A stretch of DNA of 64,000 bases from Candidatus Poribacteria bacterium (GCA_965222225.1 CBDCTK010000002.1:4704001-4768000); one strand, 5' to 3'. Numbered from the stretch's first letter, positions 20,835 through 32,694 are shown. Notes: generated by a model from the letters alone, not told the origin. Program-made: numbers and translations.

Positions 20835-21701
20835 CTAATGGTCGTTGCGCAATCTGGACGGTTCCCCATAGTTCCCGTCAGGCAGGCGAGAGGGGAAGTT
20901 GTATTGGGGATTCGTCAACAATGCGTAAATCTGCGGATCTCGCTCCCGCACCAATTCCGTCGTGTACAGACGCCATTCATCGCCAATTTCACCTGCCCGT
21001 CCAGGGAAATTCTGTCCACCCAAAATTGATGTTAACGCCCAATAAATATACTCGGTAATTTGACAACCGTAGTCGCATGTTTCGTCGTAATAGGTAAACC
21101 ACGCACTTTTGGGATAGGAACGGGGGACTTGCCTGAAATGTCCGCCTCTAGCGATGTCCATCGCCTCGCCAACGGCTGTATTTGCCCTCTCGCCGAAGAC
21201 AGTGGGATAGACATCGGCGTAACCCGCGCTAGTAATTAAGTGCAGTATTTCCTCCAAAGCGGCATCGAATCTCCCCTCTGAGGCCCCGTTGGGGTGTGTT
21301 TCCTCGCCGTACAAATCCTGTAAACTCATCGCGTCCAGCACATGCTCCGGAATGTAAGCTTCTAGCTCCGTTTCCTCCCGGTCACGCTCGGTAGCAAACA
21401 TGATAATTGAGGCGCGGTTTCGCCGCATCTGTGCTACCACTATTGGATTGTCGGGCACACCATCTTCGTCGTTATCCAGATATTGAGCTAACACATGCGC
21501 CGCGTGCAGCACTTTCTCATTGGGAGTCTCCGCCGTGGCATACACCCTAATCCCAAACACGGATACTTGTATCTTGAAAACGTGTAAAAACCCGCTGGGC
21601 GCATCATTACTAAGAGGCAGAATTTTCAAAGGCGTGGTCATCTTGTCTTGGGGGCCATTACTCATGTAGATCAGAGCGCTAACTAGAAACATGTATCTCA
21701 T
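20835..21701 (-). CDS. Hypothetical protein, possibly zincin-like
   Basis: 288-aa ORF with DAALEEILHLI (EExxH) and a downstream TEYIYW; YLDNDEDG Ca-binding-like loop. Confidence 0.65.
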   Translation of the reverse strand: MRYMFLVSALIYMSNGPQDKMTTPLKILPLSNDAPSGFLHVFKIQVSVFGIRVYATAETPNEKVLHAAHVLAQYLDNDEDGVPDNPIVVAQMRRNRASIIMFATERDREETELEAYIPEHVLDAMSLQDLYGEETHPNGASEGRFDAALEEILHLITSAGYADVYPTVFGERANTAVGEAMDIARGGHFRQVPRSYPKSAWFTYYDETCDYGCQITEYIYWALTSILGGQNFPGRAGEIGDEWRLYTTELVRERDPQIYALLTNPQYNFPSRLPDGNYGEPSRLRNDH

Positions 21702-21828
21702 ACGATTGTTAATGGACAGGATTTAGAAGGTGGGTACAATTCAGCCGAATAGAGGTATCTCTGCTTCATCCACGTTTTCTTGTTAACAGTCGGAGAACGA
21801 TTTCGCTCTCACCACATATGCTCCCGAC

Positions 21829-21849
21829 GGTGGGCAGTGCCCACCCTAC
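21829..21849 (-). repeat. GTAG-type REP palindrome, uninterrupted
   Basis: GGTGGGCA-g-TGCCCACC followed by CTAC (GTAG on the minus strand). Confidence 0.8.
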
Positions 21850-21897
21850 AAGAGTGATAGAACAAAAGCCACGATCCATGGCTCCACGAAAATATCG

Positions 21898-21927
21898 TTG
21901 AAAGTTTTCTCCAAAGCGGTTTATAAT
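21898..21927 (+). promoter_or_regulatory. Putative sigma-70 promoter
   Basis: TTGAAA-N18-TATAAT ~40 nt before ATG 21969. Confidence 0.5.
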
Positions 21928-21968
21928 GGTCGAATTAAGCAAAACAGGCAAATGAAGAAAGGATAGCC

Positions 21969-22994
21969 ATGTCTGGCACATCTGCTACACCAGCTTACCA
22001 GGTCGGTATCGTGGGGACAGGCGGAATCGCAAAGGCACACGGCAGAGCATGTAAGGAACTCGAATGCGCGGAACTCTCTGCCATTTGTGACATTTCCGAG
22101 GAGGCCTTGCATCGTTACGCCGAAGCATTTGGCGTGACGCGTCTTTATCCCGACCTCGATCAAATGCTGACTAGCGAAGAACTCGATGTCGTAATCATCG
22201 CCAACTGGGGAGCTTTTCATGCAGAAACCGGCATTCAGATTGCCAAGTCACGCCATGTCAAAGCCATACTATGTGAAAAGCCGTTTACATCAACGGCAGC
22301 GGAGGCGGAGCAGTTCGTAAAAGCGGCGAAAGCAAATGGCGTGCTCGTTGCCGAAGCTTTCAAGTTCCGTCATCATCCGATGCATCTAAAAGCGAAGGAA
22401 CTCATTGATGCAGGGGAAATTGGAGAAGTAAAGACAATGCGCAGTACGTTCTGCACCGGCGGCAAGGGCGGGGGACCTGAAACTCGCCGTCCGGAAATGA
22501 ACTGGCGCTTCAACAAGGCAAAGGGCGGTGGTAGCATCTATGACCTGGGTTGCTACTGTATTCATCATGCACGCTTTATTTTCGACGCGGATCCTGTTAC
22601 GGTCTTTGCGATTCAGCAGCCGGGAATTGAGGTTGATGATGCTATGTATATATTACTCGCCTTCCCGGGTGAACGAACCGCACAGATTTCCGTCGGATTC
22701 AATTCGTCAGGGGCACAATACGCCGAAATATGCGGAACAAAGGGAATGTTGCGGCTTGACAGAATCTGGAACAACGAGAAACGACCCGTGTCAATCGAGA
22801 AACAGACAGTTGATGGATCAGAATCCATTGAATTTGCCCCGGTGTTTCAGTTCACGAATCAACTCCGACACCTCTGCGACTGTTTGACAACGGGACAGCC
22901 GCATCGTATTTCACCCGAAAACAGCATTCATCAGATGAAAGTGATTGATGCGGTTCTCGAATCAGTAGAGACCGGGAACGTGGTGGCGATTTGA
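21969..22994 (+). CDS. Gfo/Idh/MocA-family oxidoreductase
   Basis: GIVGTGGIA, CEKP, GGGSIYDLGCY. Confidence 0.93.
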   Translation: MSGTSATPAYQVGIVGTGGIAKAHGRACKELECAELSAICDISEEALHRYAEAFGVTRLYPDLDQMLTSEELDVVIIANWGAFHAETGIQIAKSRHVKAILCEKPFTSTAAEAEQFVKAAKANGVLVAEAFKFRHHPMHLKAKELIDAGEIGEVKTMRSTFCTGGKGGGPETRRPEMNWRFNKAKGGGSIYDLGCYCIHHARFIFDADPVTVFAIQQPGIEVDDAMYILLAFPGERTAQISVGFNSSGAQYAEICGTKGMLRLDRIWNNEKRPVSIEKQTVDGSESIEFAPVFQFTNQLRHLCDCLTTGQPHRISPENSIHQMKVIDAVLESVETGNVVAI

Positions 22995-23057
22995 GAAACC
23001 GGTGGACAGCGCCACTCTGGCTAAGGTTCTTCAATAGGTACACCCCGTGATTGGTCC

Positions 23058-24920
23058 CTACCGGGTCGCATGTGCCATAATCTCGGTCATGCGTGCGACA
23101 AACTCGGTCGGAGAGTCCATATTCCCGTCAATCAATAGCGCCCCTTCATAAACCTGCAGAATACAACTCTTGAGGAGCGACTCATCACCATTGTTTTCGT
23201 GAATGTGAGCCAGGTTCTTAATCAGCGGGTGAGAGGGATTAATCTCAAGAATCTTCTTGGAGCCGGGGATATCTTGGTTCATCATTTTCATCATCCGTTC
23301 CATTTCTCGATCCATTCCGCTGGCTCCGACCACGAGGGTTGCCGCCGAATCGACAAGCCGCTTAGACTCGACCACATCCTCTACCTTATCACCAAGTGTT
23401 TCTTTGAATAGCGAAAAAAGCGACTTGGATTCATCCTCGGTTAAGCTATCCGCCTTGCTCTCTTCATCGGACTTAAGGTCAAGATCTGCGGTCTCGATTC
23501 CTTTTATCGGTTTTTCGTCGTAATCATGCAACTGCGGAATATTAAAGATATCGGCTGGGTCAATGAAGAACAAGACTTCAATTCCCCTTTTCCTGAAATA
23601 TTCCAGATTTGGATTTAGTTCCACCGCCGCTCTGCTCTCGCCAGTCAGGTAGTAAATCTCCGTCTGATCTTCCTGCATGCCAGCCACATAGTCCTTGAGC
23701 GAAGTGAGTTTCCCTTTTTCGGTTTTTGTGGATTCAAATCGCAAGAGGTCGATCAGTCGATCCCGGTTTCCAAAATCTGTGCTGAGTCCGGTTTTGAACA
23801 GCAACCCAAAGTTGGTGAAAAATTTGTCATACTTCTCTTGGTCATTCTTTGCCCAATCCTCCAGAAGCGACAAAATTCTTCCGGTAAGCACATTTTTGAT
23901 TTTCCCCATTATCGGGCTGACTTGGGTAACTTCACGAGAAACGTTTAACGGCAAATCTTCTGTATCCACTACCCCCGCGACGAAGCGCAAATACTCAGGC
24001 AGTAATTCCTTGCAGTCGTCTTGGATGAAGATTCTATTTGCATAAAGTTGCAATGACTTCAGTTCCTCTCCCCTCAAAAAATCGAACGGGGCGGTTTCGG
24101 GCACGAAAACCATCGCCTTGAAATTAACCTGCCCCTCAATCGACAAATGCAGATGTCCGAGTATCGGGTTGAAGTCGTTGGATATGAACTTATAAAATTC
24201 TTCTAAGTCTTCATCGGTCACTTCGTTTTTGTTTTTCTGCCACAGTGCGCTTATGGTGTTTACCTGCTCGCCGTTGACATGAATTGAGAAGTCTGCGAAG
24301 TTGGAGTATTTCTTAATAATCTCGTTTACCCGGTATTCTTCACTGAACTCCTTCGCATCGTCCTTTAGTTTGAACGAGATTTTCGTTCCTCGCTCCTCAC
24401 GCGGGAATTCTTCAACGGTGAATTTGCTCGCTCCCGTCGATTCCCACCGATACCCCTTTGACCCTGGATCCGCATGTCGGGTTTCGATGACCACCTGATC
24501 AGTCACCATGAACACGGAATAAAAACCTATGCCGAATTGACCTATCATGTTCGCGTCGAAGGGTTTGCCCTCCTCTTTCAATCTCTCCAAAAATGCCACT
24601 GTGCCGGAACTTGCAATGGTGCCGATTCTGGAGACGAGATCTTCTTTCGTCATGCCGATGCCGGTGTCGGCAATCGAAAAGGTTTGTGTCTTCGAGTCAA
24701 CACTGATGCTGATTCGCAAAGGGGCATTGGGACTTACAATGTTTTTATCCGTTAACTGTCTGAAACGCACCAGATTTAGAGCATCGGAAGCGTTGGAAAT
24801 CACTTCGCGGAGAAAGACTTCGCTATGGCTGTAGAGAGAATGAACGATCAGATGAAGAAGTTGCTTCATCTCCGCTTGGTATTCAAATTCCTCTAACGCT
24901 TCAAGTTTGTCACTGGACAT
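23058..24920 (-). CDS. htpG: Molecular chaperone HtpG (Hsp90); start ATG 24920
   Basis: YQAEMKQLL, FLREVISNASDA, DTGIGMT, IGQFGIGFYS, LPLNVSRE. Confidence 0.97.
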   Translation of the reverse strand: MSSDKLEALEEFEYQAEMKQLLHLIVHSLYSHSEVFLREVISNASDALNLVRFRQLTDKNIVSPNAPLRISISVDSKTQTFSIADTGIGMTKEDLVSRIGTIASSGTVAFLERLKEEGKPFDANMIGQFGIGFYSVFMVTDQVVIETRHADPGSKGYRWESTGASKFTVEEFPREERGTKISFKLKDDAKEFSEEYRVNEIIKKYSNFADFSIHVNGEQVNTISALWQKNKNEVTDEDLEEFYKFISNDFNPILGHLHLSIEGQVNFKAMVFVPETAPFDFLRGEELKSLQLYANRIFIQDDCKELLPEYLRFVAGVVDTEDLPLNVSREVTQVSPIMGKIKNVLTGRILSLLEDWAKNDQEKYDKFFTNFGLLFKTGLSTDFGNRDRLIDLLRFESTKTEKGKLTSLKDYVAGMQEDQTEIYYLTGESRAAVELNPNLEYFRKRGIEVLFFIDPADIFNIPQLHDYDEKPIKGIETADLDLKSDEESKADSLTEDESKSLFSLFKETLGDKVEDVVESKRLVDSAATLVVGASGMDREMERMMKMMNQDIPGSKKILEINPSHPLIKNLAHIHENNGDESLLKSCILQVYEGALLIDGNMDSPTEFVARMTEIMAHATR

Positions 24921-25266
24921 AATCGGAAAGATCCTCCTATTGTTGATGAAGTTATAGTTTATGCATGATTGTTGATTTTGAACACATACAATATACTGCC
25001 TTGGAAGCAGAATCGGCAATCAAATTGTTGGCGTCGGAAGGTAATTTAAAAGAATTGGCATCTACCCCACCGCAATCACAGAACATGAATCCTCGTAGAA
25101 GGCTTATCGTTACTCGACACTCACGGTCAGCGCGGAAAACCGTATCGTGAAGAAGCGTCCGCCTTCTGTTTCCTCTATGTGAATAGGACTTCCGTAGGGT
25201 ACACCGTCAGTCTATCGTGTTCCGTCCGTGAGGACACATCATTGGCAGCAGGTCGAACGCTTCGCA

Positions 25267-25413
25267 TCAATCCTGGCAGGAATGTGGCGAACCAGGCGTT
25301 GTCAGACCAATTTCAGATAACTCGGACAAATCATCCCAGTCACAGTCCAAGCAGAATAACTGGTTGTCGCCAATGGATTTAATTGAATTGCGTTCACAAT
25401 TTGGACATAGCAT
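25267..25413 (-). CDS. Small zinc-ribbon protein (48 aa)
   Basis: MLCPNC...FCLDC (2x CxxC) preceded by a GGAGG RBS. Confidence 0.55.
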   Translation of the reverse strand: MLCPNCERNSIKSIGDNQLFCLDCDWDDLSELSEIGLTTPGSPHSCQD

Positions 25414-25547
25414 TTTTTGACCTCCCGCCCAAGAAACGATGCGAATCTTATTGAGGTTGCAAGAGTTGAACTTGCAACGGCAGCAAGCAATTGAATCCAC
25501 CCCGGCGCGAAATGGGGCATTGGGTGTAATGGAACGCCGTCAGTGAA

Positions 25548-27068
25548 TCATAGACTATCGAGTTCTTTAACAGCCTGGATGCCGCTATCTAACGCTTCAA
25601 AAAGCAGTGGTAATCGGCTATTGTCTACCCCGGCGTAGACTAGATTAGGTTCAGATCGACGCGGGTTCTTATCCCTGAATAGGTAATGAGGTTTAGGAAC
25701 CGGCATTGCGTGTCCAAGCACCTTTATGAAAACCCGATCCACCAAACTGCTAACCTTTCGATTAAAAAATAGGTCGATCGTCTCTACCGTCTTATGGACA
25801 ATCTCCTGAGCGTTGTGCCGAATATTCGTAAGATACGGTCTCTGGTTGGGCTGGAAGCAGTAGTATGCCGTAAACACCCGTGAATCACCTACGCGAAGTT
25901 GAGAGGCGCTATCCACGAATCCCATGAAGGTCGCATCTTGGCTCAAGAACTCGTTCTGCCAAAACGCCTCCGCCCGGAGATTCTCCTTAAGAACGATGTT
26001 AAGCACCAACCAAGGCGCATATATGTTATCTTGAAAAAGATGGGCGTCGGGCGGAAACACATATTTTAGCGCATGTTTCCCTCCGGCGTAGATTACATTT
26101 CGTGCAAGGTAACGGTCAATCCGAGAGTTCTCAATATTTATTACGGTAACTTCGAAGCCGTTCTCAACTCTCTGAATACGCCGCACCAAGCGATTTGTCT
26201 TGATATTATCGCTGGGCAACACCGCCGCCATCTTGTTGACAAAGTAAGTGTTCCCCGCCGCCGGCGAAAACAGTTCCACGGATTGCGTGTAGTAAGGTCT
26301 ACAAGCATAGTAGTGGATTCCGGCGAGTGCAGAGACCGTCTCCGCGCCGGCGCCGTAGTCGTCCCTCATCTGGTAGTCAACCCCCTGTTTGAAGGATGGA
26401 GTTAATCTCAAAGTACGCTCAAGAAAGTCAAGAAAGCTTATTTCATCAAGCGACCATAAATCCTCCCGAATGATTCGCGTCGGCAGCTTCATCTCGCCCA
26501 GATAGGGAAGCACTAACTCCAAGAAATCAGTTTTGAGTTGCCCCGGTTCAAGGAGTTCCTCTCTTAATCCATTTGAGGTAAGGGTTTGGCCCTCCCGCTC
26601 GGCATTAATCAGATACTGTCGGTCGACAAAATTCCACGCCTCAACCAATTTATTGTAACGAATTACTCCCAGTTCTTCAAGGAAGTTTAAGGTTTCGCTG
26701 CCGTAATAGTTTGGGTAGGCTAACTCGTAATGCGCACCTTGTGAAAACACTTCACCGGCGTGAGATTCGCTCGCCGAAGTGCCGCCGAGTTGCGTGGATA
26801 ATTCGCAGAGGACGAAGTCCCTGTCCCGGAGTTGGCATGCCGCCGATAGCCCGGAGATGCCGCCGCCCACGATAAGATAATCCGTAGAGAACGTGTTCCC
26901 TGTTGGCAACGCGGCGCTATCCAAGATTAAATGTCCCGCCCGCATGTCCGATTTGATGGATATCTCATACGCTTGCCGATTGGGCTTATCGGATGTTGAA
27001 TCGCATGATTGACTGAGGATTCCTGCGAGGGCGAGTGAGGAAAGCTTAATGAACGTTCGACGGTTCAT
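25548..27068 (-). CDS. Tat-exported FAD-dependent oxidoreductase (amine oxidase-like), probable lipoprotein
   Basis: MNRRTFIK twin-arginine signal then SQSC; IVGGGISGLSAA; GAHY; GHAMPVP. Confidence 0.85.
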   Translation of the reverse strand: MNRRTFIKLSSLALAGILSQSCDSTSDKPNRQAYEISIKSDMRAGHLILDSAALPTGNTFSTDYLIVGGGISGLSAACQLRDRDFVLCELSTQLGGTSASESHAGEVFSQGAHYELAYPNYYGSETLNFLEELGVIRYNKLVEAWNFVDRQYLINAEREGQTLTSNGLREELLEPGQLKTDFLELVLPYLGEMKLPTRIIREDLWSLDEISFLDFLERTLRLTPSFKQGVDYQMRDDYGAGAETVSALAGIHYYACRPYYTQSVELFSPAAGNTYFVNKMAAVLPSDNIKTNRLVRRIQRVENGFEVTVINIENSRIDRYLARNVIYAGGKHALKYVFPPDAHLFQDNIYAPWLVLNIVLKENLRAEAFWQNEFLSQDATFMGFVDSASQLRVGDSRVFTAYYCFQPNQRPYLTNIRHNAQEIVHKTVETIDLFFNRKVSSLVDRVFIKVLGHAMPVPKPHYLFRDKNPRRSEPNLVYAGVDNSRLPLLFEALDSGIQAVKELDSL

Positions 27069-27178
27069 GGTAGGAGCGACATGCTTGTCGGGATTGTCAA
27101 AGTAGGACTAATACATCGGAGATTGTAGGGAAACAAGAACAATGGAACGATTTTTCTCACCGTAACCGGACTAGCACC

Positions 27179-30100
27179 TTATGCTGCCCAACGCTCCGAC
27201 AAAACTTCGGCTTGCTCCAAGACGGTTTCAGCGGCTTTAGCTTGTTTATCGGGTGGATAGCCGTATTTCCGCAGAATTCGCTTCACCAATCGGCGCAGGT
27301 TGGCGCGGACGCTCTCCTTCATCGTCCAGTCGATGGTCACGTTGTTTCGGACAGTTTTCACAAGTTCAGCCGCAATAGTGCACAAGGTCTCATCTCCCAA
27401 CACTTGCACGGCGCTGTCGTTGGTCTCAAGTGCGTCGTAGAACGCCAATTCATCGCTCGAAAGCCCCAACTCCTCGCCGCGCTCTACCGCCTCACGCAAC
27501 TCCCTTGCTGTTTGGATAAGCTCCTCAATCACCTGCGCGGCTTCTATTGTCCGGTTTTGATAAGCGCGAATTGATTGTTCCAACATCTCCGCGAATGACC
27601 GCGATCTTACGACATTCTGCCGTGAATGCGTCTTGATTTCATCGTTGAGCAACTTATCCAAGAGTTCGACTGCCAGGTTCCTTTGCGGTAAGTCCCGCAC
27701 CTCCGCGAGGAATTCGTCGGAAAGAACTGAGATATCGGGCTTCTCCAATCCGGCGGCGGCAAAGATGTCAACCACCCCTTCGGGAACGACAGCTCTTGAT
27801 ACCAACTGCTTGATTGCCAGGTCCGCCGCCTCGGACTGCGTTTCTTCTCTAGCCGTCAGCTTTTCCAAGACACCGCGCACCGCTTGGAAAAAGGCGACAT
27901 CGTCGCGGATTTCAATTGCCCTTTCGTGCGGCACTACTAGCGAAAAGGCTTTGGAGAGCGCAGTGACCTCATTCAGTAGGCGGGTTTTGCCATCTTCCAA
28001 GCCCAAGATATGCTCTTGAGCGGCGGGCAGTAGCCTGAGGCGTTCCTCGGTGTTTCCGTCATCCCACGACGACCAATCTAATCCGTGGAACAGCCCACAG
28101 CAGATTTCGTGTTTTTCCATCATTACGGCAATGGCTTCGGCTTTATCAATGGATGGCTCCCCTTTTCCTCCGCTGTCAGTGTAGTCCGCCAATGCTCGCT
28201 TGAGATGGTAGCCAATCCCGATATAGTCCACAATAAGACCACCGGGCTTTTCGCCGAAGACGCGATTGACGCGCGCGATGGCTTGCATAAGGGTGTGACC
28301 TCGCATCGGCTTGTCAACATACATCGTGTGAAGGCTAGGCGCATCAAATCCGGTCAGCCACATGTCGCGGACAATCACAAACTTCAACGCATCATCGGGA
28401 TTCTTGAACCGAACCGCCAGCTCTTCGCGCCGCGCTTTGTTGCGGATATGCGGTTGCCACGACTCGTCCTCCGACGCTTCGCCCGTCATTACAACCTTAA
28501 TAATCCCCTGCGTGTCCTCCTCATCATGCCAACCCGGACGCCTTTCCACAATGGCGTTGTAGAGATCGACGCAGATACGGCGGCTCATGCAGACCACCAT
28601 CGCTTTGCCGTCCATCGCATCCAACCGCTCCTCGAAATGCGTGATGATGTCATCGGCAACCAGAGCCAGACGCTTCTCCGTTCCGACCAGTGCCTCAAGT
28701 TGAGCCCATTTGGATTTGAGTCGCTCCTTGTGCCTTTCCTCCTCCCCTTCGGTCACCTCCTCAAATTCCGGGTCAACATGGGGCTTCTCGTTCTCGTCCA
28801 GCTCAATTTTGGCGAGTCGGCTCTCGTAGTAGATTCGGACAGTGGCACCGTCATCAACCGCTTGTTGGATATCATAGATGCTGATGTAGTCTCCGAATAC
28901 GTTTCGGGTGTTGCGGTCCGTTCCCTCAATCGGGGTGCCGGTAAAACCGATAAATGAGGCGTTCGGAAGCGCGTCGCGCATGTGACGGGCAAATCCGTCA
29001 ATAAAATCATACTGGCTGCGGTGGGCTTCGTCCGCAATGACCACAATGTTCCGTCGATCGGGCAGTTCAGGCAAGCGGAGTTCTTCATCTTCGGGAAAGA
29101 ACTTCTGCACCGTGGTAAAAACTACACCGCCCGAAGCAACTCTCAAGAGTTCGCGCAAATGTCCCCTGTCTCGCGCTTGTTCCGGCGTTTGTCGCAAGAG
29201 TTGGCTGCACCGAGCGAACGTACCGAACAGTTGATCGTCCAAATCGTTGCGGTCGGTAATGACGACCAGTGTCGGGTTTCGCATCTCCGGGCGCCGGATG
29301 ATACCCCCGGCGTAGAATGCCATAGTCAGGCTTTTGCCCGAACCTTGCGTGTGCCAGATAACGCCGCAGCGTTTGTCCCCGTCTGGGCGCGACGCCTTCA
29401 CGGTAGCATCGACCGCCGCTCTAACGGCGTGGAATTGGTGATAACCGGCAATCTTCTTGGCAATCGTATCGCCTCCCGTTTCCTCAAAGACAATGAAATG
29501 ACTAAGATAGTTTAGGAACCGCTCCTTGTCAAAGAGGCCCTTGATTGTTACCTCAATTTCCGGATCTGTTGATGCGGCTTCCGTTTCTCCCTCAATTGTT
29601 CGCCACGGCATGAACCGCTCCCGATCCGCCGTCAAAGAGCCGACGCGGGCCTCCACCCCGTCGGAAACAACAAGCGCCTCGTTATACGTGAACAGCCGCG
29701 GAATTTCCCGCTTGTAGGTCTGAAGTTGGCGAAAAGCGGACCACACGGTGGCGTTCTCGTCGGTCGGATTTTTGAGTTCAATCACGCCTAACGGGAGTCC
29801 GTTTACAAACAACACGATATCCGGTCGGCGTTCACTATTTTCCACGACGGTGAACTGGTTAACCGCCAGCCAGTCGTTGTTTTCGGGACTATCGAAATCC
29901 AACAACTGCACACGGTCACCGTGCATTGTGCCGTCGGAATCCCGATATTCGACCTCTATGCCATCAACCAACATGAGGTGAAATGTCCGATTGTTTTGAA
30001 ACAATGAGGGGGAGTTTGGAGAATGGACTTTTTGAACGGCTTCCTCTTGCGATACGGCGGGGATGTTCGGATTCAGGCGGCCAACCGCATCGCGCAAACG

Positions 30101-30247
30101 ACGCTCTAGCACCACGTCCTCGTATCTTGAGCGTTCAGCATCGGAAGTGTCCGGGCCGATGTCGGGACCGTGCAAGACGGAATAACCCATACCAGCGAGC
30201 CAATTCAGTGCGGCTGTTTCGATGTCGGATTCGGTGATGCTATTCAT
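27179..30247 (-). CDS. hsdR: Type I restriction endonuclease subunit R
   Basis: [18 protein letters not shown] nuclease motif, [37 protein letters not shown]. Confidence 0.97.
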   Translation of the reverse strand: MNSITESDIETAALNWLAGMGYSVLHGPDIGPDTSDAERSRYEDVVLERRLRDAVGRLNPNIPAVSQEEAVQKVHSPNSPSLFQNNRTFHLMLVDGIEVEYRDSDGTMHGDRVQLLDFDSPENNDWLAVNQFTVVENSERRPDIVLFVNGLPLGVIELKNPTDENATVWSAFRQLQTYKREIPRLFTYNEALVVSDGVEARVGSLTADRERFMPWRTIEGETEAASTDPEIEVTIKGLFDKERFLNYLSHFIVFEETGGDTIAKKIAGYHQFHAVRAAVDATVKASRPDGDKRCGVIWHTQGSGKSLTMAFYAGGIIRRPEMRNPTLVVITDRNDLDDQLFGTFARCSQLLRQTPEQARDRGHLRELLRVASGGVVFTTVQKFFPEDEELRLPELPDRRNIVVIADEAHRSQYDFIDGFARHMRDALPNASFIGFTGTPIEGTDRNTRNVFGDYISIYDIQQAVDDGATVRIYYESRLAKIELDENEKPHVDPEFEEVTEGEEERHKERLKSKWAQLEALVGTEKRLALVADDIITHFEERLDAMDGKAMVVCMSRRICVDLYNAIVERRPGWHDEEDTQGIIKVVMTGEASEDESWQPHIRNKARREELAVRFKNPDDALKFVIVRDMWLTGFDAPSLHTMYVDKPMRGHTLMQAIARVNRVFGEKPGGLIVDYIGIGYHLKRALADYTDSGGKGEPSIDKAEAIAVMMEKHEICCGLFHGLDWSSWDDGNTEERLRLLPAAQEHILGLEDGKTRLLNEVTALSKAFSLVVPHERAIEIRDDVAFFQAVRGVLEKLTAREETQSEAADLAIKQLVSRAVVPEGVVDIFAAAGLEKPDISVLSDEFLAEVRDLPQRNLAVELLDKLLNDEIKTHSRQNVVRSRSFAEMLEQSIRAYQNRTIEAAQVIEELIQTARELREAVERGEELGLSSDELAFYDALETNDSAVQVLGDETLCTIAAELVKTVRNNVTIDWTMKESVRANLRRLVKRILRKYGYPPDKQAKAAETVLEQAEVLSERWAA

Positions 30248-30297
30248 TGATTCTTGACGTTCAGTATTATTGCTAACGGTTTATTTTTGTAAGAGGG

Positions 30298-31535
30298 TTA
30301 ATGTGACGAGTTAACATGAAGGCTTTCACCCTGTATTGGACCACCTGAATTGGTCAACGGATCCCCAACCTCAAAGAAACCCTCCATCCAGAGGTGTCCT
30401 AACTTCCCTCCTGTCTCCATGAATTGATGAATTCCGCGCATGTCCACCGTGCGTTTGCAAACCGTAAACCCCTCCTCATCTCGATACAGTACCCACACCT
30501 CGTCGGCGTGGAGCTCGTTGATAAAATAAGGAAATGGGTAGTAATCATGAGTTGAGACGAGGCTGACGCCCCACGGCACTCGTCTGTCAAACTAGGCAAC
30601 AACCGTGGATGTAAGTGATTTTCAGGTTCTCCAATACCGATAAAGGGGGCAGGCTCTGGATCATGTAGCAGCGTGAGATACGAAAGCAACTTTAACGTGC
30701 CCTCCGAGGTAAACTTCGCCAAGATGGATTGCTCAAACGGTGCATCTTTTATCTGCAACAACAAGCGACCATCCGCCATCAGTTCTGCGTCTACCTTTTC
30801 TAGTCGTGGCACCTGATTTGACATAATTGAGAGAATCTTTCGCAAACGGCTTGGGTGCTGTTCTTTCAAATACTGGATAACGTTCGCCAGATTGTCTCCT
30901 GTTTCTGAAAGCTGCTCTCGCGGCCCCGTTGCTTCAACTCCGCGTGTGGCATCAATGGAAAGATGGGAGAGATGCCAGCCAGTAATGAAACGACGAAGGG
31001 GCCCAAGACGTGGGTAGCGCGACAATTGGCCAAGAGTGCTCGCAGCAAGTGTTGACGAATCATCAAACTGTTCATCGGTTTGCTCCGCTTCCTCATCTGG
31101 CATTTCACCCGCGATGACTCGTCCTGCGCCGTGACGAAAATCAAGAAAACGAAACGGCTTCCCCCGATTGCCGCGCCGCCAACTCATCCATTCGGATTCC
31201 ACAAAGGGGCCCTGTACTCCTTCATCAATGGCTAGATGATAGGTGATAATTGGCATTCCCGGTTTCTCACGATATTTCAAATCAAATTCAATTGCTCCAT
31301 CACTTCCCCGTGTTCGCAGATGCTTAAACCGCCCTCTTTTATCCCAGGCACGGCGCAATCCGATTGTGAAACATTCGGAGAGAAACGCAAATACATCAAG
31401 TAGCGTGGACTTTCCACTGCCATTGGGACCCGAGAAGACTGAAAGCGGCGTTATTTTTCGTAATTGCACATCCCGCAGAGAGCGGTAATCTTTCACGCGT
31501 AATGACTCAATGCGGGGAACGGTTTGTTGCAGCAT
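30298..31535 (-). pseudogene. ABC-type (AAA_21-like) ATPase with a frameshift near 30530 and a degenerate Walker B
   Basis: GPNGSGKST, SEGTLK, IGIGEPENHLHP; ITTH continues as PYFINELHADEVWVL...LWMEG in the 30298..30579 frame. Confidence 0.8.
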
Positions 31536-31578
31536 CTGAATTGCCTCTATGGCTACCCTGACATGGCGACTATTTGTT

Positions 31579-32694
31579 TTACCCCTGTTGCGGCGTAGTA
31601 TAGCGAGCAACAAATTTGCTACTGTCAATATCCGGCTGTCCTTGTCGGGCATAGAAGGAGGAGAAGCGCGCGACAATATCCTTTACAAAGAAAGGCGAAA
31701 TCTGGATTGAGGGTTTTTCAAACTTTTCGTCGAATTCGTTTTTAGTCAGCGCGTTCATTTTTCTGAAATTAAGAAACCCACCGTCAAAAAAATCTGTTTT
31801 CGGCAACCAGTGGTAGTAAAATGTGTAATTGTTGTTGAATACCGCCTTGAGTGTTTCTTTCGTCTTCTCCCTTTTCCTCTTCTCGTCGCGCATCCTCTTA
31901 ACACTAACCAATGCCTTGTCTACAATATGATTTTCTTTTTCAATCTCAACGAGGAGAATACGATCTGTCCTGAATTCACCGTTACTTTTGAAAACGAGAT
32001 CGCACGCCGGACTCAACACCACGAAAGGCTGATCGCTCGTCTCGTCTTTCACAATACTCCCGGTTGTGATATTGCTCGACAACGGTGGATGGAGGTAGAC
32101 CTCTTCTGGAAAACACCGTTCGTCACCTTCCTCAAGCAGTTGAAATAAGTGATTCAAGGTGTATCGGAGAAGAGCCTTTTCGGTTCGCTCTGAATCTTCT
32201 TTTCCATAAGAAATCCAGGTTTGTATCTGTGACCGAAGGTTTTTGAGAAAAACTTCATTTAGTCGCTGTTCGATTAGTCCTCTGCCACCCATGATGTGGG
32301 TTAATCCCGTATCAAAAATCTCCCAAAATCGGTCTAGAAGTTCGTCATACCGAGTTTTCCCTTTTTGGAAAACGCTAAGGAGCATGATTTTTTTATTCAA
32401 AGTGTAATCTGAATTGCCCGGGTTTGCCGTAAATATGGCAATTGGAATGCGGAAAAACGACTCTTCGATCTTTTTGATAACCTGATTCCCCTCATCACCT
32501 TCATTCGCTAGTTTTAAATCGATAATCGCACCATCAAAAGAGTTGTCCAACAGTTCTAATGCTTTATCAAGAGTTTTGCATCCAACCGGTTCAATATCTC
32601 GATTCTTTTCATCAACGTATCTTTCCACAGAATCCTTGCACGCCTCAAGATCTTGTTCGTCGTCTTCCACGATTAGCAACCGTAACTTGCTCAT
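31579..32694 (-). CDS. Response regulator: receiver domain plus uncharacterised C-terminal domain
   Basis: LLIVEDD, AIIDLKL (phospho-Asp), IFTA, FQK; C-terminal VVLSPACDL...YARQGQPD; overlaps the kinase stop codon. Confidence 0.85.
   Translation of the reverse strand: MSKLRLLIVEDDEQDLEACKDSVERYVDEKNRDIEPVGCKTLDKALELLDNSFDGAIIDLKLANEGDEGNQVIKKIEESFFRIPIAIFTANPGNSDYTLNKKIMLLSVFQKGKTRYDELLDRFWEIFDTGLTHIMGGRGLIEQRLNEVFLKNLRSQIQTWISYGKEDSERTEKALLRYTLNHLFQLLEEGDERCFPEEVYLHPPLSSNITTGSIVKDETSDQPFVVLSPACDLVFKSNGEFRTDRILLVEIEKENHIVDKALVSVKRMRDEKRKREKTKETLKAVFNNNYTFYYHWLPKTDFFDGGFLNFRKMNALTKNEFDEKFEKPSIQISPFFVKDIVARFSSFYARQGQPDIDSSKFVARYTTPQQG

Noticed and set aside
24921-25266. CIRCE or other heat-shock operator upstream of htpG
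   Set aside because: No TTAGCACTC-N9-GAGTGCTAA match found by eye.
28085-28957. 290-aa plus-strand ORF
   Set aside because: Antisense shadow of the well-conserved hsdR; no motifs.
31536-31676. N-terminal extension of the ABC ATPase ORF
   Set aside because: It overlaps the response regulator 3' end; ATPase-like sequence begins at MLQQTVPRIE.
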